A stretch of DNA of 64,000 bases from Sumerlaeia bacterium (GTDB lineage: Bacteria; Sumerlaeota; Sumerlaeia; SLMS01; JAHLLQ01). A program made the position numbers and the translations under genes. Location: the NCBI GenBank assembly GCA_040219255.1, contig JAVJSW010000059.1, positions 14,070-78,069 of the forward strand. The letters are read 5' to 3'. Shown here in pieces: positions 17,305-25,961 of the stretch (its first letter is position 1; each line of letters opens with the position of its first letter). The notes under the pieces are model-generated. The model saw nothing but the letters and a program-made list of their open reading frames with translations, made no database searches and was not told the origin of the DNA.

Positions 17305-19614
17305 TCACTCCACCTTCGTCAAGGGCGCGAACTTGACCATCAGGTCCAGGTTGTAGCCCTCGTCGAACTGCACCTTCACCCGTTCGGCGCCGAAGCCGCC
17401 TTTCACCTCCAGCACCGTGCCCTGGCCGAACTTCTTGTGTTCGACACGGTCGCCGGGTGAGTAGGGGGTTTTGTCGGCGGGTTTGAAGGTGCTTTTCGGC
17501 CGGCGCTGGCTGGCCATGGCCTGATTGGCGGCGTCGCTGCCGAGGCGGGCGCCGAAGAGCCGGTTCTCGTAGCTGCGGCCCGCCGGCGCCGCCTGGCCCG
17601 TGGCGGTGCCCCGTCCGTAGCCCTTCATACCCCGCAGGCCCAGCTTTTCGCGGTCGCGGTCGCTGAGCAGTTCGTCGGGAATTTCCCGCAGGAACACCGA
17701 CGGCTCGGTGTAATCGTAGGCTCCGTACATCAGGCGCCGGCTCGCCCGCGAAAGGTAGAGCTTCTGGCGCGCCCGCGTCAGCGCCACATAGAACAGCCGC
17801 CGTTCCTCCTCGAACTGCGCCGGGTTGTCCATCGTGCGGCTGTTGGGGAAAAGCCCTTGGTCGAGGCCCACGACGAAGACGTAGTCGAATTCCAGCCCCT
17901 TGGCGTTGTGCACCGTCATCAGGCTCACCTTCGGTTTGCCGTCGTCCTCGTCGCGTTGGCCGTCCAGGCTCATGGCCTCCAGGAAATCGGTCACCGTGTG
18001 TTCGCCCTGCACTTCTTGCTCGAACTGCACGACGACGTTTTCCAGCTCCTCGACGTTTTCGATTTTCACCCGCGCGTCCAGGTTGTCCGGGTCACCGAAG
18101 TTCGTTTCCTTGTACTCGGTGTCCTTCAGGATTTGCGTCAGCACCTCGCGAACGGTGCTTGTCTTCGCCATCGTGAACCACTTTGTCACCATGGCGATAA
18201 ACGATTCCAAGCCCTTCTTGGCTTTGCCTTTGATCTCGCCCTCGTCCAGGAGCTGTTGCGTCGCGGTGAACTGGCTGACGCCCCGGAAGGCCGCCCGGCG
18301 GATGATGTCGCCGTGGGTTTTCTTGCCCACGCCCCGGGTGGGGACGTTGACGACGCGCTCGAACGCGAGGTCGTTGTGCGGAATCACGGCGAGGCGCAGG
18401 AAGCTCAGCACGTCCTTGATTTCCGCCCGGTCATAGAAGCGCACCGAACCAACCAGGCGATAGGGCAGGCGATACTTGCGCAGGCCATCTTCGAAGGCGC
18501 GGCTGAGGCGATGGCTGCGATAAAAAATCGCGATTTCCTCGGGCGGAATGCCATCGTTCTCGATCAGGCCCGCGATGGTTCCCGCCACCTGCTCGGCCTC
18601 GTCCGTGTCGTCCACGCCGCCGATGCCGCGCAGCACTTCGCCGTCTTCCTTCTCGGTCCAGAGGCTCTTGCCGATGCGCATCGTGTTGTTCTTGATGACG
18701 GTTTCGGCGGCCTTGAGCACGTTGCCGACGGAGCGATAATTCTGCTCGAGCCGCACCAACTTGGCGTCGGGATACGTCTTGTTGAAATCCAGCAGGTTCG
18801 TGACCTCCGCCCCGCGCCAGGAATAGATCGACTGGTCTTCGTCGCCGACGACGCAGATGTGGCGGTCTTCGCCGACGAGGAGCTTCACCAGTTCGAACTG
18901 CGAGTGGTTCGTGTCCTGGAACTCATCGACCAGCACATAGCGGTACTTTTCGTTCCAGCGCCGCCGGACGTCCTCGTGATCGCGCAGGAGCAGGACGGTC
19001 TTGAAAATCAGGTCCTCGAAATCCAGCGAGTTGTTCTTGTGCAGCAGCTTTTCGTACTCCGCATAGACATCGGCGTAGGGCAGTTCGTCGTGGTCGAAGG
19101 CCTCCTTGCACTCGGCGGGGGTCAGGAGGCGCATCTTCGCCATGTTGATAAAGTGCTGGCACTGGGCCGGTTTCGCGCGCTTCTCGCTCAGGTTGGCGGC
19201 TTCCATGGCCTTCTTCACGGCGGTCACTTGATCGCGGTCGTCGATGATGGCAAAGGACCGGTCGATCCCGGCGGCGTCGGCTTCCCGGCGCAGGATCAGC
19301 GCGCAACGGCTGTGGAAGGTCCCAATGGGTAGCGTGTGGGTTTGTTCGTGGCCGAGGAGCCGGCCGATGCGCTCGCGCATTTCGCGGGCGGCCTTGTTTG
19401 TGAAGGTCACCGCCAGAATCTGCCACAGCGGAATGCCGATCACGTGCGACAGGTACGCGATGCGGTGGGTGATGACGCGGGTTTTGCCGCTGCCCGCGCC
19501 CGCGATGATGAGCAGCGGCGACCCGATGTGCTCGACGGCTTCTCGTTGCTGCGGGTTCAGGCCCGAGAGGATTTGGCTTTCCAGGTCGTTGCTGGCGAAA
19601 TCGGCGGCGGTCAT
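17305..19614 (-). CDS. pcrA: ATP-dependent DNA helicase UvrD/PcrA
   Basis: AGAGSGKT, TFTNKAA, VDEFQDTN, VGDEDQSIYSWRGA, LEQNYRS, TVHNAKGLEF, EERRLFYVALTRA; Tudor-like C-terminus. Confidence 0.96.
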   Translation of the reverse strand: MTAADFASNDLESQILSGLNPQQREAVEHIGSPLLIIAGAGSGKTRVITHRIAYLSHVIGIPLWQILAVTFTNKAAREMRERIGRLLGHEQTHTLPIGTFHSRCALILRREADAAGIDRSFAIIDDRDQVTAVKKAMEAANLSEKRAKPAQCQHFINMAKMRLLTPAECKEAFDHDELPYADVYAEYEKLLHKNNSLDFEDLIFKTVLLLRDHEDVRRRWNEKYRYVLVDEFQDTNHSQFELVKLLVGEDRHICVVGDEDQSIYSWRGAEVTNLLDFNKTYPDAKLVRLEQNYRSVGNVLKAAETVIKNNTMRIGKSLWTEKEDGEVLRGIGGVDDTDEAEQVAGTIAGLIENDGIPPEEIAIFYRSHRLSRAFEDGLRKYRLPYRLVGSVRFYDRAEIKDVLSFLRLAVIPHNDLAFERVVNVPTRGVGKKTHGDIIRRAAFRGVSQFTATQQLLDEGEIKGKAKKGLESFIAMVTKWFTMAKTSTVREVLTQILKDTEYKETNFGDPDNLDARVKIENVEELENVVVQFEQEVQGEHTVTDFLEAMSLDGQRDEDDGKPKVSLMTVHNAKGLEFDYVFVVGLDQGLFPNSRTMDNPAQFEEERRLFYVALTRARQKLYLSRASRRLMYGAYDYTEPSVFLREIPDELLSDRDREKLGLRGMKGYGRGTATGQAAPAGRSYENRLFGARLGSDAANQAMASQRRPKSTFKPADKTPYSPGDRVEHKKFGQGTVLEVKGGFGAERVKVQFDEGYNLDLMVKFAPLTKVE

Positions 19615-19718
19615 GGGAACGGGCGGGAACTCCGGGAGCGGAAAAATCGCGAGTCCGGCGACTCGGCCCGCGAGGGTGCCACGCCCCCCCGCCGCCGTTC
19701 AAGGGAGGTTGTGCGGCT

Positions 19719-20504
19719 TTATCCCGCCGCGGGCTCCACCAGGCCGTGGCGCTCGGCGGCTTCCGCCATCCGTTCTTCGGCCTCATCGGAACGCAGGGCC
19801 TCGCGGACTTCCGCCAGGCGATGGTCGCGGTGCTGATAGAAATCCTCGGCCACCTTGGCGAAACCCTCCATCGTCCGCAGGTTCAGCCCGGCCCCCAGCG
19901 CCATGCCGACACCAAAGGGCACCATCCGCCCCGCCGTCTTACCGACGCGCTTGCCGGCGTAGGATGCCATCAGCTTCGTCGCGATCTTGCGGTTCACGCG
20001 CTGCACCACGGTTTTCGGCGCCGCGCGAAGCTGCTTGGCCACCGTTCGCGTCGCGGTGCGGGCTAGACTGGTTTGGCCCGTGTGTTTCAGCGCCCCCGTC
20101 CACAGAGCGATAGATGACATCGTGTCCTCAAGCCGCGCCTCGCGGTCCTTGACATCCAGCCCCCAGACGTGGGCCATGGCGAAACACAGCAGTGCCTGGT
20201 GCCTCAGCATCATCTGCAAATCCACGCCAATGGTGGCGACTTCGACACCGATCTGCATCAGCGTCCCGATGCCTGGAATGGAACCGGGCAGGGCCATCAT
20301 GGCGCCCTGCTTGGCGTACTTGCGGGAAAGTGCCCGGGCCATGGCCTGGGCCAACTGATCGCGGCTCGCGTCGGCGGGCACGTCCTCGCGCACCTTGCGC
20401 AGGAATGCCAGGACGTCGCTCTCCGATGGCGCCGCCTTGCGCAGGCGCGGCATCAGCCAGTTTCGGCTCAGCAGAAATCCCGTGGTGTTGGACGTGTTGG
20501 GCAT
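19719..20504 (-). CDS. EcsC-like hypothetical protein
   Basis: ALPGSIPGIGT, AHVWGLD and GRMVPFGVGMALGAGLN pattern; start uncertain. Confidence 0.6.
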   Translation of the reverse strand: MPNTSNTTGFLLSRNWLMPRLRKAAPSESDVLAFLRKVREDVPADASRDQLAQAMARALSRKYAKQGAMMALPGSIPGIGTLMQIGVEVATIGVDLQMMLRHQALLCFAMAHVWGLDVKDREARLEDTMSSIALWTGALKHTGQTSLARTATRTVAKQLRAAPKTVVQRVNRKIATKLMASYAGKRVGKTAGRMVPFGVGMALGAGLNLRTMEGFAKVAEDFYQHRDHRLAEVREALRSDEAEERMAEAAERHGLVEPAAG

Positions 20505-20591
20505 AGCGAACAAGGCTCCTTCGGGGCATCGCGCCGGGGGCGCTGCCATGTCTCTACGCAAGAGCCCGGCCCATATTCACCGCGACGGCGC

Positions 20592-21296
20592 TTACTCCGC
20601 GAAGAGCCTCGCCGGGCGGGCGAAGGTGCTGCTCTTCGCGGTGCCGTCGGTACCTTCCGCGGCGAAGGCACCAACGGTGGCATTCTGGGACTTGAGAAGG
20701 CGCGCGGTGGCTTTCAGCGATTCGTAGCTCACGGTCGAACTGTCACCGATCACCGGAGCACTGGCGCCAAAGGCTTTGCGCGCCGCGGTGGCGAGTTTCT
20801 CGACATCCAGGCCGTTCGTCAGCGTGCGATTCGCGTGGCCGTTGCGGGCGATCAGTTGGCCCGACTTAGGATCGCGAACGAGACGGTAGGCGCCCTGATC
20901 CAGACCCACCGGGGCTCGGAACGGCGAGCCATCGGCGGCGTTGTAGAGGAACACGGCGATGTCCTGGCCCGGGTGGAACTCCGGCATGCTGGGCAGGCGT
21001 AGATCCTCGGCGAGGCGAACTTGCCGCCAAGTCACCGTGGTGGCGCTATCGTCGAGGCCGAAAATCGGATCGGTCACGGCCACGGTGATTTCCTCGGCCC
21101 AGCGCCCATGGGCTTGCACCACCTCGACCGAGGCAACGGTGCCGGCGAAGGCCTGGCCGGTGTTCTGCACCGTTTCCACGATGTTCATGGGCTTGACCGT
21201 GGTGGCGGGGGCGATCCCTGCGGGAACCATCAAGGCGGCGGCCATCGCGGCCAGTATCGTCACGCGCCGCAATGGCGCCGGAATGCTCGATCGCAT
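20592..21296 (-). CDS. Secreted hypothetical protein co-transcribed with a metalloprotease
   Basis: Signal peptide ending APA-T; QAFAGTVASV, MPEFHPGQDIAVFL, PVGLDQGAY; starts 4 nt after the protease stop. Confidence 0.75.
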   Translation of the reverse strand: MRSSIPAPLRRVTILAAMAAALMVPAGIAPATTVKPMNIVETVQNTGQAFAGTVASVEVVQAHGRWAEEITVAVTDPIFGLDDSATTVTWRQVRLAEDLRLPSMPEFHPGQDIAVFLYNAADGSPFRAPVGLDQGAYRLVRDPKSGQLIARNGHANRTLTNGLDVEKLATAARKAFGASAPVIGDSSTVSYESLKATARLLKSQNATVGAFAAEGTDGTAKSSTFARPARLFAE

Positions 21297-21300
21297 CGTC

Positions 21301-23577
21301 TTATTCTCCCAAAACCTGCCAGAAGCTGACGCGGCTGACCGCGTTGATCAGGGTGGTTTCCGTCGAGGTGTCGTTGGAGGCCACATTGTCGGTGACATCG
21401 CCCGAGACGGTGGCCTCGTTCGACACCGTGATGGTCGTGGTCGTGGCCGGGGCTTCGACCGTCAGTTCCAGCGTCACCGTCGTCGATGCGCTCAGCGTTC
21501 CGATGTCCCAAAAGTCGAGCGTATCGTCGTAGATGCCTTGCGACGGCGAAGTGGCGACCGACACATAGCTCACTTCCGAGGGCACGAGGCCGCTGACGGA
21601 AACGAGTGGTGCATCGTTCGATCCATCGTTGAAGACCGTGTAAAGGTAGTTGAATTTCATGCCCGCGGCCACCGGGTCGCTACTATCGGCGACGATGATC
21701 CCCAGGTCCGTTTCCGGGGCGCCGGTTTGCAGCGAAGCGCTCATCCGCCCGCCGTAGGAACCACCCGCCGTGGAGTTCACCACCTGGATCATGACAGGAT
21801 TGGTGAAGCCGCCGGGGGCCGAGGTTCCGACCTCGATTTCCGTGGGGCTGATAAACGTCAGGCCCGTGCTGGTGATCGCGGGGTCGGAGAAAGTCACGAC
21901 CGGTCCGCCGCCCGCCGCGGAGAAGTTCCGCCCGCTGATCGTCAGCGTTCCCGGCACGGTGCCGCTGACGCCCGCGATGGCCAGCGCCGCGTTGTCGGAA
22001 ACCGCTGAGTCGATGCGCAGCGTATAGGTCCCCGGCGATTGCGCCTCCTTCACCGTGATGCCGATGAAGATGTCGCTGCCGTTGTAAATGTCCGACGAGA
22101 GGTACTCGTCAAGAACCTCGGCCGTGTTGCTCGTGGTGGCGAAAGAGGAATCGGTGAAGGTCAGGTCCGAGCGGCCGATGACGATGTCCTGGTCGTTGGA
22201 GGGGGTGAACGTGAAGCGCTGCACTTCGATGCCCGCGGGCACCGCGATACGCAGCCAGTCCTCGATGTCGTCACCGCTAATGTTCAGGTCGCCTGTTTCC
22301 GCCGGATCGATGGTGCCGCTGACGATCAGAGGCACGCCGGGTGTCGGCGTGATAGGCGTGGCGGTGGCCTGGGTGGCGCCGTTGTCCACTTCCGCCACCA
22401 CCTCCGGCGACGGCAGAGGGTTCAGCCGCAAGTCCACGCCGCTCAGCGTTGTGCCACTGGTCGAGGGCGAGAAGAAGGTCGTGCTGATGCGCACGTCATC
22501 GCTGTCGCTCTCGAAGGCGGCGTCGTTGATGAACTCCGGCGGAGACACGGCCAGCAATTCCACCGGCGGGTCCTCGCCGCCGACGCTGGTGAAGGCGAAG
22601 ATCGACTGCGGGATTTGCTCGAAATCCAGGACGTAGGGCTCGTTGAGGGGAAGCGAGGGAATCAGGTAGGTGCCAGTCAAGCGGCTGGCGCCGCGGCTCA
22701 GATAGCCGGACACGCAGGAGATCGCCTGACGCGGGTCGCTCAGCGGGCGCGCCACCACGTTGACGCCGTCCTGCAAAGCGCCCGCCGCGTTGCGCGTCGT
22801 CCCCCGGATCGAGGTAAGATTGGCGGCCGCCTCGGGCGTTGGGTAGAGGAACGTGATCCAGGCGATGTCGTCCGCTTCTTGACTCGCGATGTCGTCGTGC
22901 TTGAACGGATACATCGTGGGATAGCCGGTGAAATCCAGATTGTTGACGTAGGAATCGTTGAACTGGGAGTGATCGAGACTGAGCAGATGGCCGATTTCGT
23001 GGGCGATCACGCCCTCATACTCGGAGAAGGAGAACTCGGGATTGGACGAGGTGTTCACGCCATCGATGAAGCGGCCATTCATAACGGCTTGGGCGTCCGT
23101 GATGGTCAGACCGGAAGCCGCCATGGGGCCGGCGAAGCCGAGGATATCGTTCTCCGCTCCAGCCCCGAAGACGGCCGAAGTCAGGCTGCCATCCGAATCG
23201 TAAATCACGGCGACGAGACCGTCGGAATTGACCCCGTACTGAGGAGCGTTCGTGCTCAGCGGCGCGGGACCTTCGTTATCCACGGGCAATTCCGCTCCGA
23301 AAACGAAATCCACCGCACTCGTGGCGATCACGCGACTCGACCAACTCGTCAGCGCCTGCGACGTCAGAGCGTCGGCTTCCGCGTTGCTCAGCATTCCCAA
23401 CGTTCCCTGATCGGGATTGATGGTCACGGGAGCTGCCGTGCTCCAGGCGCGCGGATTGCCGCCGCCGGAAATCCACAGCGGCCCCCCGGCAAAAGCCGGG
23501 ACGCAAGCGAGGGCGGCAAACCAGACTCCGAGCCGCGACAATTCGCGGACGAAGAGGAGGCATTTACGGGTTTTCAT
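21301..23577 (-). CDS. Secreted metzincin (matrixin-like) metalloprotease with Ig-like and DUF11 domains
   Basis: Signal peptide ending AFA-G; HEIGHLLSLDHS and Met-turn PTMYP; DUF11-like DSSDPVAAG...YTVFNDG...NDTSTETT; ends SFWQVLGE. Confidence 0.85.
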   Translation of the reverse strand: MKTRKCLLFVRELSRLGVWFAALACVPAFAGGPLWISGGGNPRAWSTAAPVTINPDQGTLGMLSNAEADALTSQALTSWSSRVIATSAVDFVFGAELPVDNEGPAPLSTNAPQYGVNSDGLVAVIYDSDGSLTSAVFGAGAENDILGFAGPMAASGLTITDAQAVMNGRFIDGVNTSSNPEFSFSEYEGVIAHEIGHLLSLDHSQFNDSYVNNLDFTGYPTMYPFKHDDIASQEADDIAWITFLYPTPEAAANLTSIRGTTRNAAGALQDGVNVVARPLSDPRQAISCVSGYLSRGASRLTGTYLIPSLPLNEPYVLDFEQIPQSIFAFTSVGGEDPPVELLAVSPPEFINDAAFESDSDDVRISTTFFSPSTSGTTLSGVDLRLNPLPSPEVVAEVDNGATQATATPITPTPGVPLIVSGTIDPAETGDLNISGDDIEDWLRIAVPAGIEVQRFTFTPSNDQDIVIGRSDLTFTDSSFATTSNTAEVLDEYLSSDIYNGSDIFIGITVKEAQSPGTYTLRIDSAVSDNAALAIAGVSGTVPGTLTISGRNFSAAGGGPVVTFSDPAITSTGLTFISPTEIEVGTSAPGGFTNPVMIQVVNSTAGGSYGGRMSASLQTGAPETDLGIIVADSSDPVAAGMKFNYLYTVFNDGSNDAPLVSVSGLVPSEVSYVSVATSPSQGIYDDTLDFWDIGTLSASTTVTLELTVEAPATTTTITVSNEATVSGDVTDNVASNDTSTETTLINAVSRVSFWQVLGE

Positions 23578-23635
23578 CGTGATGGAAACCTGGGAAAATG
23601 AAAGAGTCGAGCGCCCGGGAGCGCATCGCATGGCA

Positions 23636-23663
23636 ACGGTAGAGACTCCGGGCCGTTTGTCAA
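23636..23663 (-). promoter_or_regulatory. Putative sigma-70 promoter of the protease operon
   Basis: TTGACA-N16-TACCGT on the minus strand. Confidence 0.4.
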
Positions 23664-23855
23664 TCCCATCCCCCGGCTATGTCCCCATTCCCAATGAATC
23701 GCATGATTAGTAAATCACGATGGCGCTGGGCTCCGATCCGATTTCGCCGATTTTCCGGAATAGCCGAAATTCAGACCCGTACAATCGGGGGGCACGAATC
23801 GGGCTAATGCAACCACCCGAGGAGCCCCGCACCTCTCTGTTCGGGGGATCGAACG

Positions 23856-24233
23856 ATGCCGTTTAGTGTGATGACAGCTTTGGTTTTTGGAGTGGCCTTT
23901 GGCTTGGTCTTCGTGGCCGAGTACTTGCCGCGCGAATCCTGCGCCGCCGCCCTGAGCGCCAAGTCCGCCGGATACCGCGCCTGGAAAAGCTCACCCGCCC
24001 CCATCCGCAAGACCATTTCGTTCGTCCTGGGGTTCAGCACCATTCTGGTGGGGCTCGTGATGCTTGTCACGCCCGGCCCGGCGGTGGTGGTCGTTCCGCT
24101 CGGACTGGCGATTCTGGCGGCGGAGTTCCTCTGGGCGAAAAGGCTTCTGATCTGGCTGAAAACCAAGGGCCTGTCGTTTTTCCGCAAGGACCCCAACACG
24201 ACTGAACCGTCGCCGAAAGAGGGCGCCACCTAG
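23856..24233 (+). CDS. PGPGW-domain membrane protein
   Basis: GLVMLVTPGPAVVVVPLGLAILAAEFLWAKRLL. Confidence 0.8.
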   Translation: MPFSVMTALVFGVAFGLVFVAEYLPRESCAAALSAKSAGYRAWKSSPAPIRKTISFVLGFSTILVGLVMLVTPGPAVVVVPLGLAILAAEFLWAKRLLIWLKTKGLSFFRKDPNTTEPSPKEGAT

Positions 24234-25831
24234 CCCGCCGCGCCCGAAGCCTTTCCGGGCGCTTCTCTTTGGGCGGTGGCCTCCGGGCGGCGGTAGCGCC
24301 GTTCGCCCCCGACCCAGGTTTCCCGCACCACGACCTCGTGCAGGCGCTCGGCGCCGACCTCAAAAGGGTCGCCATCCAGGATCACGAAATCGGCCCACTT
24401 GCCGGGCTCCAACGTCCCGCGGTTCGCCTCGTCGCCGCTCGCCTCCGCCCCGCCGAGGGTGTATCCGCGGAGCGCCTCCTCCAGCGTCAGCGCCTGCTCC
24501 GGCGCCAGGGTCTCGCCGCCGCCCGCCGCGCGGCGCGTCACCGCCGCCTGCATCGACAGGATCGGGTTGTCGTCGCGCACCACGGGGGCGTCGCTGCTAA
24601 GCGCCACCGTGATCCCCGCGTCTACCATGGCCCGCAGCGGATAGGCGCGGCCGAGCCAGCCGTCCGGCAGGTAGCGCCGGAAATTGCCCGCCAGCTCGCG
24701 CAGGAACGTCGGCTGGGACACCGCCATAGCGCCCAGCGCGGCGGCGCGGTGCAGGTGATCGGCGTTGGGCAGGCCAAAGTGCTCGATGCGGTGGCGCGGG
24801 CCGGAGCCGAGGCGCTCGTAGAGAGCAAGGACCTGTTCGATGGCGCGGTCGCCGATGGCGTGGATTCCGATGCGAAGGCCGTGCTCGTGGGCGGGCCGGG
24901 CCAAGGCGAACAGCTCGTCGTCCTCAAAACGCAAAATCCCCCGCGTCGGCGCGTGGCGATAATCCACGGAAAGGGCCGCCGTGGCGCCACTCAGACCGCC
25001 GTCGGCAAAGAACTTGACTCCGGCGATGCGCAGGAAATCACTCCCGTACTCCTCCGGCAGCGGGAACGTTTCCGTGCCTCCATCGGGGCGGCGGATGGCG
25101 AGCAAGTTGTGGCGATTGAGCAGTTCGCCCCGCGCGTCCAAGGCGCGATAGGCCGCCATCAGGGCGGGCGTCACGGCGGGATCCGTGGCGCTGGTGATGC
25201 CGACGGAAAGCTGATGCTCCTGGCCAGCGCGGATCATGGCTTCCAGGTCAGCCTGGGTGGGCGGGGGCATGACGCGCTGCACGAGGCCCAAGGCCGTTTC
25301 GTGCAGCAAGCCGTTCGGTTCGCCGGAGGCGTCCTTCTCGATGTGCCCGCCGGGCGGAGCCACGGTGTCGCGGGTGATTCCGGCCAACTCCAGCGCCCGC
25401 GAATTCGCCACCGCGATGTGCGCGCAGGTGCGGATCGAAAAGACCGGCCGGTCCGGCAACACCCGGTCCAGGTCCGCGCGCGTCGGCATCCGGCCTTCGG
25501 CCAGCGTGGCTTCGTTCCAGCCGCGCGATTGCACCCAGGCCCCAGGGGCGAGACCCGTGGCGAATTCCGCGAGGCGGTCGGACATGTTCCCCAAAGAGGC
25601 GCAGCCCCTCAGGTCGATCATCGTTGTGCGCAGATGCCCAACCTTCCATGTGTGCACGTGAGCATCATTGAACCCCGGCAAAATCGTCCGGCCGCCGCAG
25701 TCGACCTCCTCCGCGCCGGGAGGCAACGCGACGCGGCAGTGATCCACGCTGCCAATGACGGCGATGCGGCCGCCGCGGATGGCGAGGGCGGTGGCGGGTG
25801 TGGGGAGCTGGGCGTTGTGGAATAACTTCAT
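24230..25831 (-). CDS. Amidohydrolase (Amidohydro_3/YtcJ-like)
   Basis: LPGFNDAHVH, VKFFADGGL, IHAIGDRA, RHRIEH, SSDAPV, GTLEPGKWADF. Confidence 0.9.
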   Translation of the reverse strand: MKLFHNAQLPTPATALAIRGGRIAVIGSVDHCRVALPPGAEEVDCGGRTILPGFNDAHVHTWKVGHLRTTMIDLRGCASLGNMSDRLAEFATGLAPGAWVQSRGWNEATLAEGRMPTRADLDRVLPDRPVFSIRTCAHIAVANSRALELAGITRDTVAPPGGHIEKDASGEPNGLLHETALGLVQRVMPPPTQADLEAMIRAGQEHQLSVGITSATDPAVTPALMAAYRALDARGELLNRHNLLAIRRPDGGTETFPLPEEYGSDFLRIAGVKFFADGGLSGATAALSVDYRHAPTRGILRFEDDELFALARPAHEHGLRIGIHAIGDRAIEQVLALYERLGSGPRHRIEHFGLPNADHLHRAAALGAMAVSQPTFLRELAGNFRRYLPDGWLGRAYPLRAMVDAGITVALSSDAPVVRDDNPILSMQAAVTRRAAGGGETLAPEQALTLEEALRGYTLGGAEASGDEANRGTLEPGKWADFVILDGDPFEVGAERLHEVVVRETWVGGERRYRRPEATAQREAPGKASGAAG

Positions 25832-25836
25832 TTTAA

Positions 25837-25952
25837 CCGCAGATAAATAGGATAAATAAGATGACGTTCAATCCACGGGATTGGCGAGAGCCAGTGATTT
25901 CTTAGGAAGCGTCGCAAAGCAGAAACATCCTGTTCATCCTATTCATCGGCGG
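25837..25952. repeat. Inverted-repeat element with 9-nt periodic arms
   Basis: Left arm CCGCAGATAAATAGGATAAATAAGATG (25837-25863) matches the reverse complement of the right arm (25926-25952) at 22/27. Confidence 0.75.
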
Positions 25953-25961
25953 CCAATTCCT

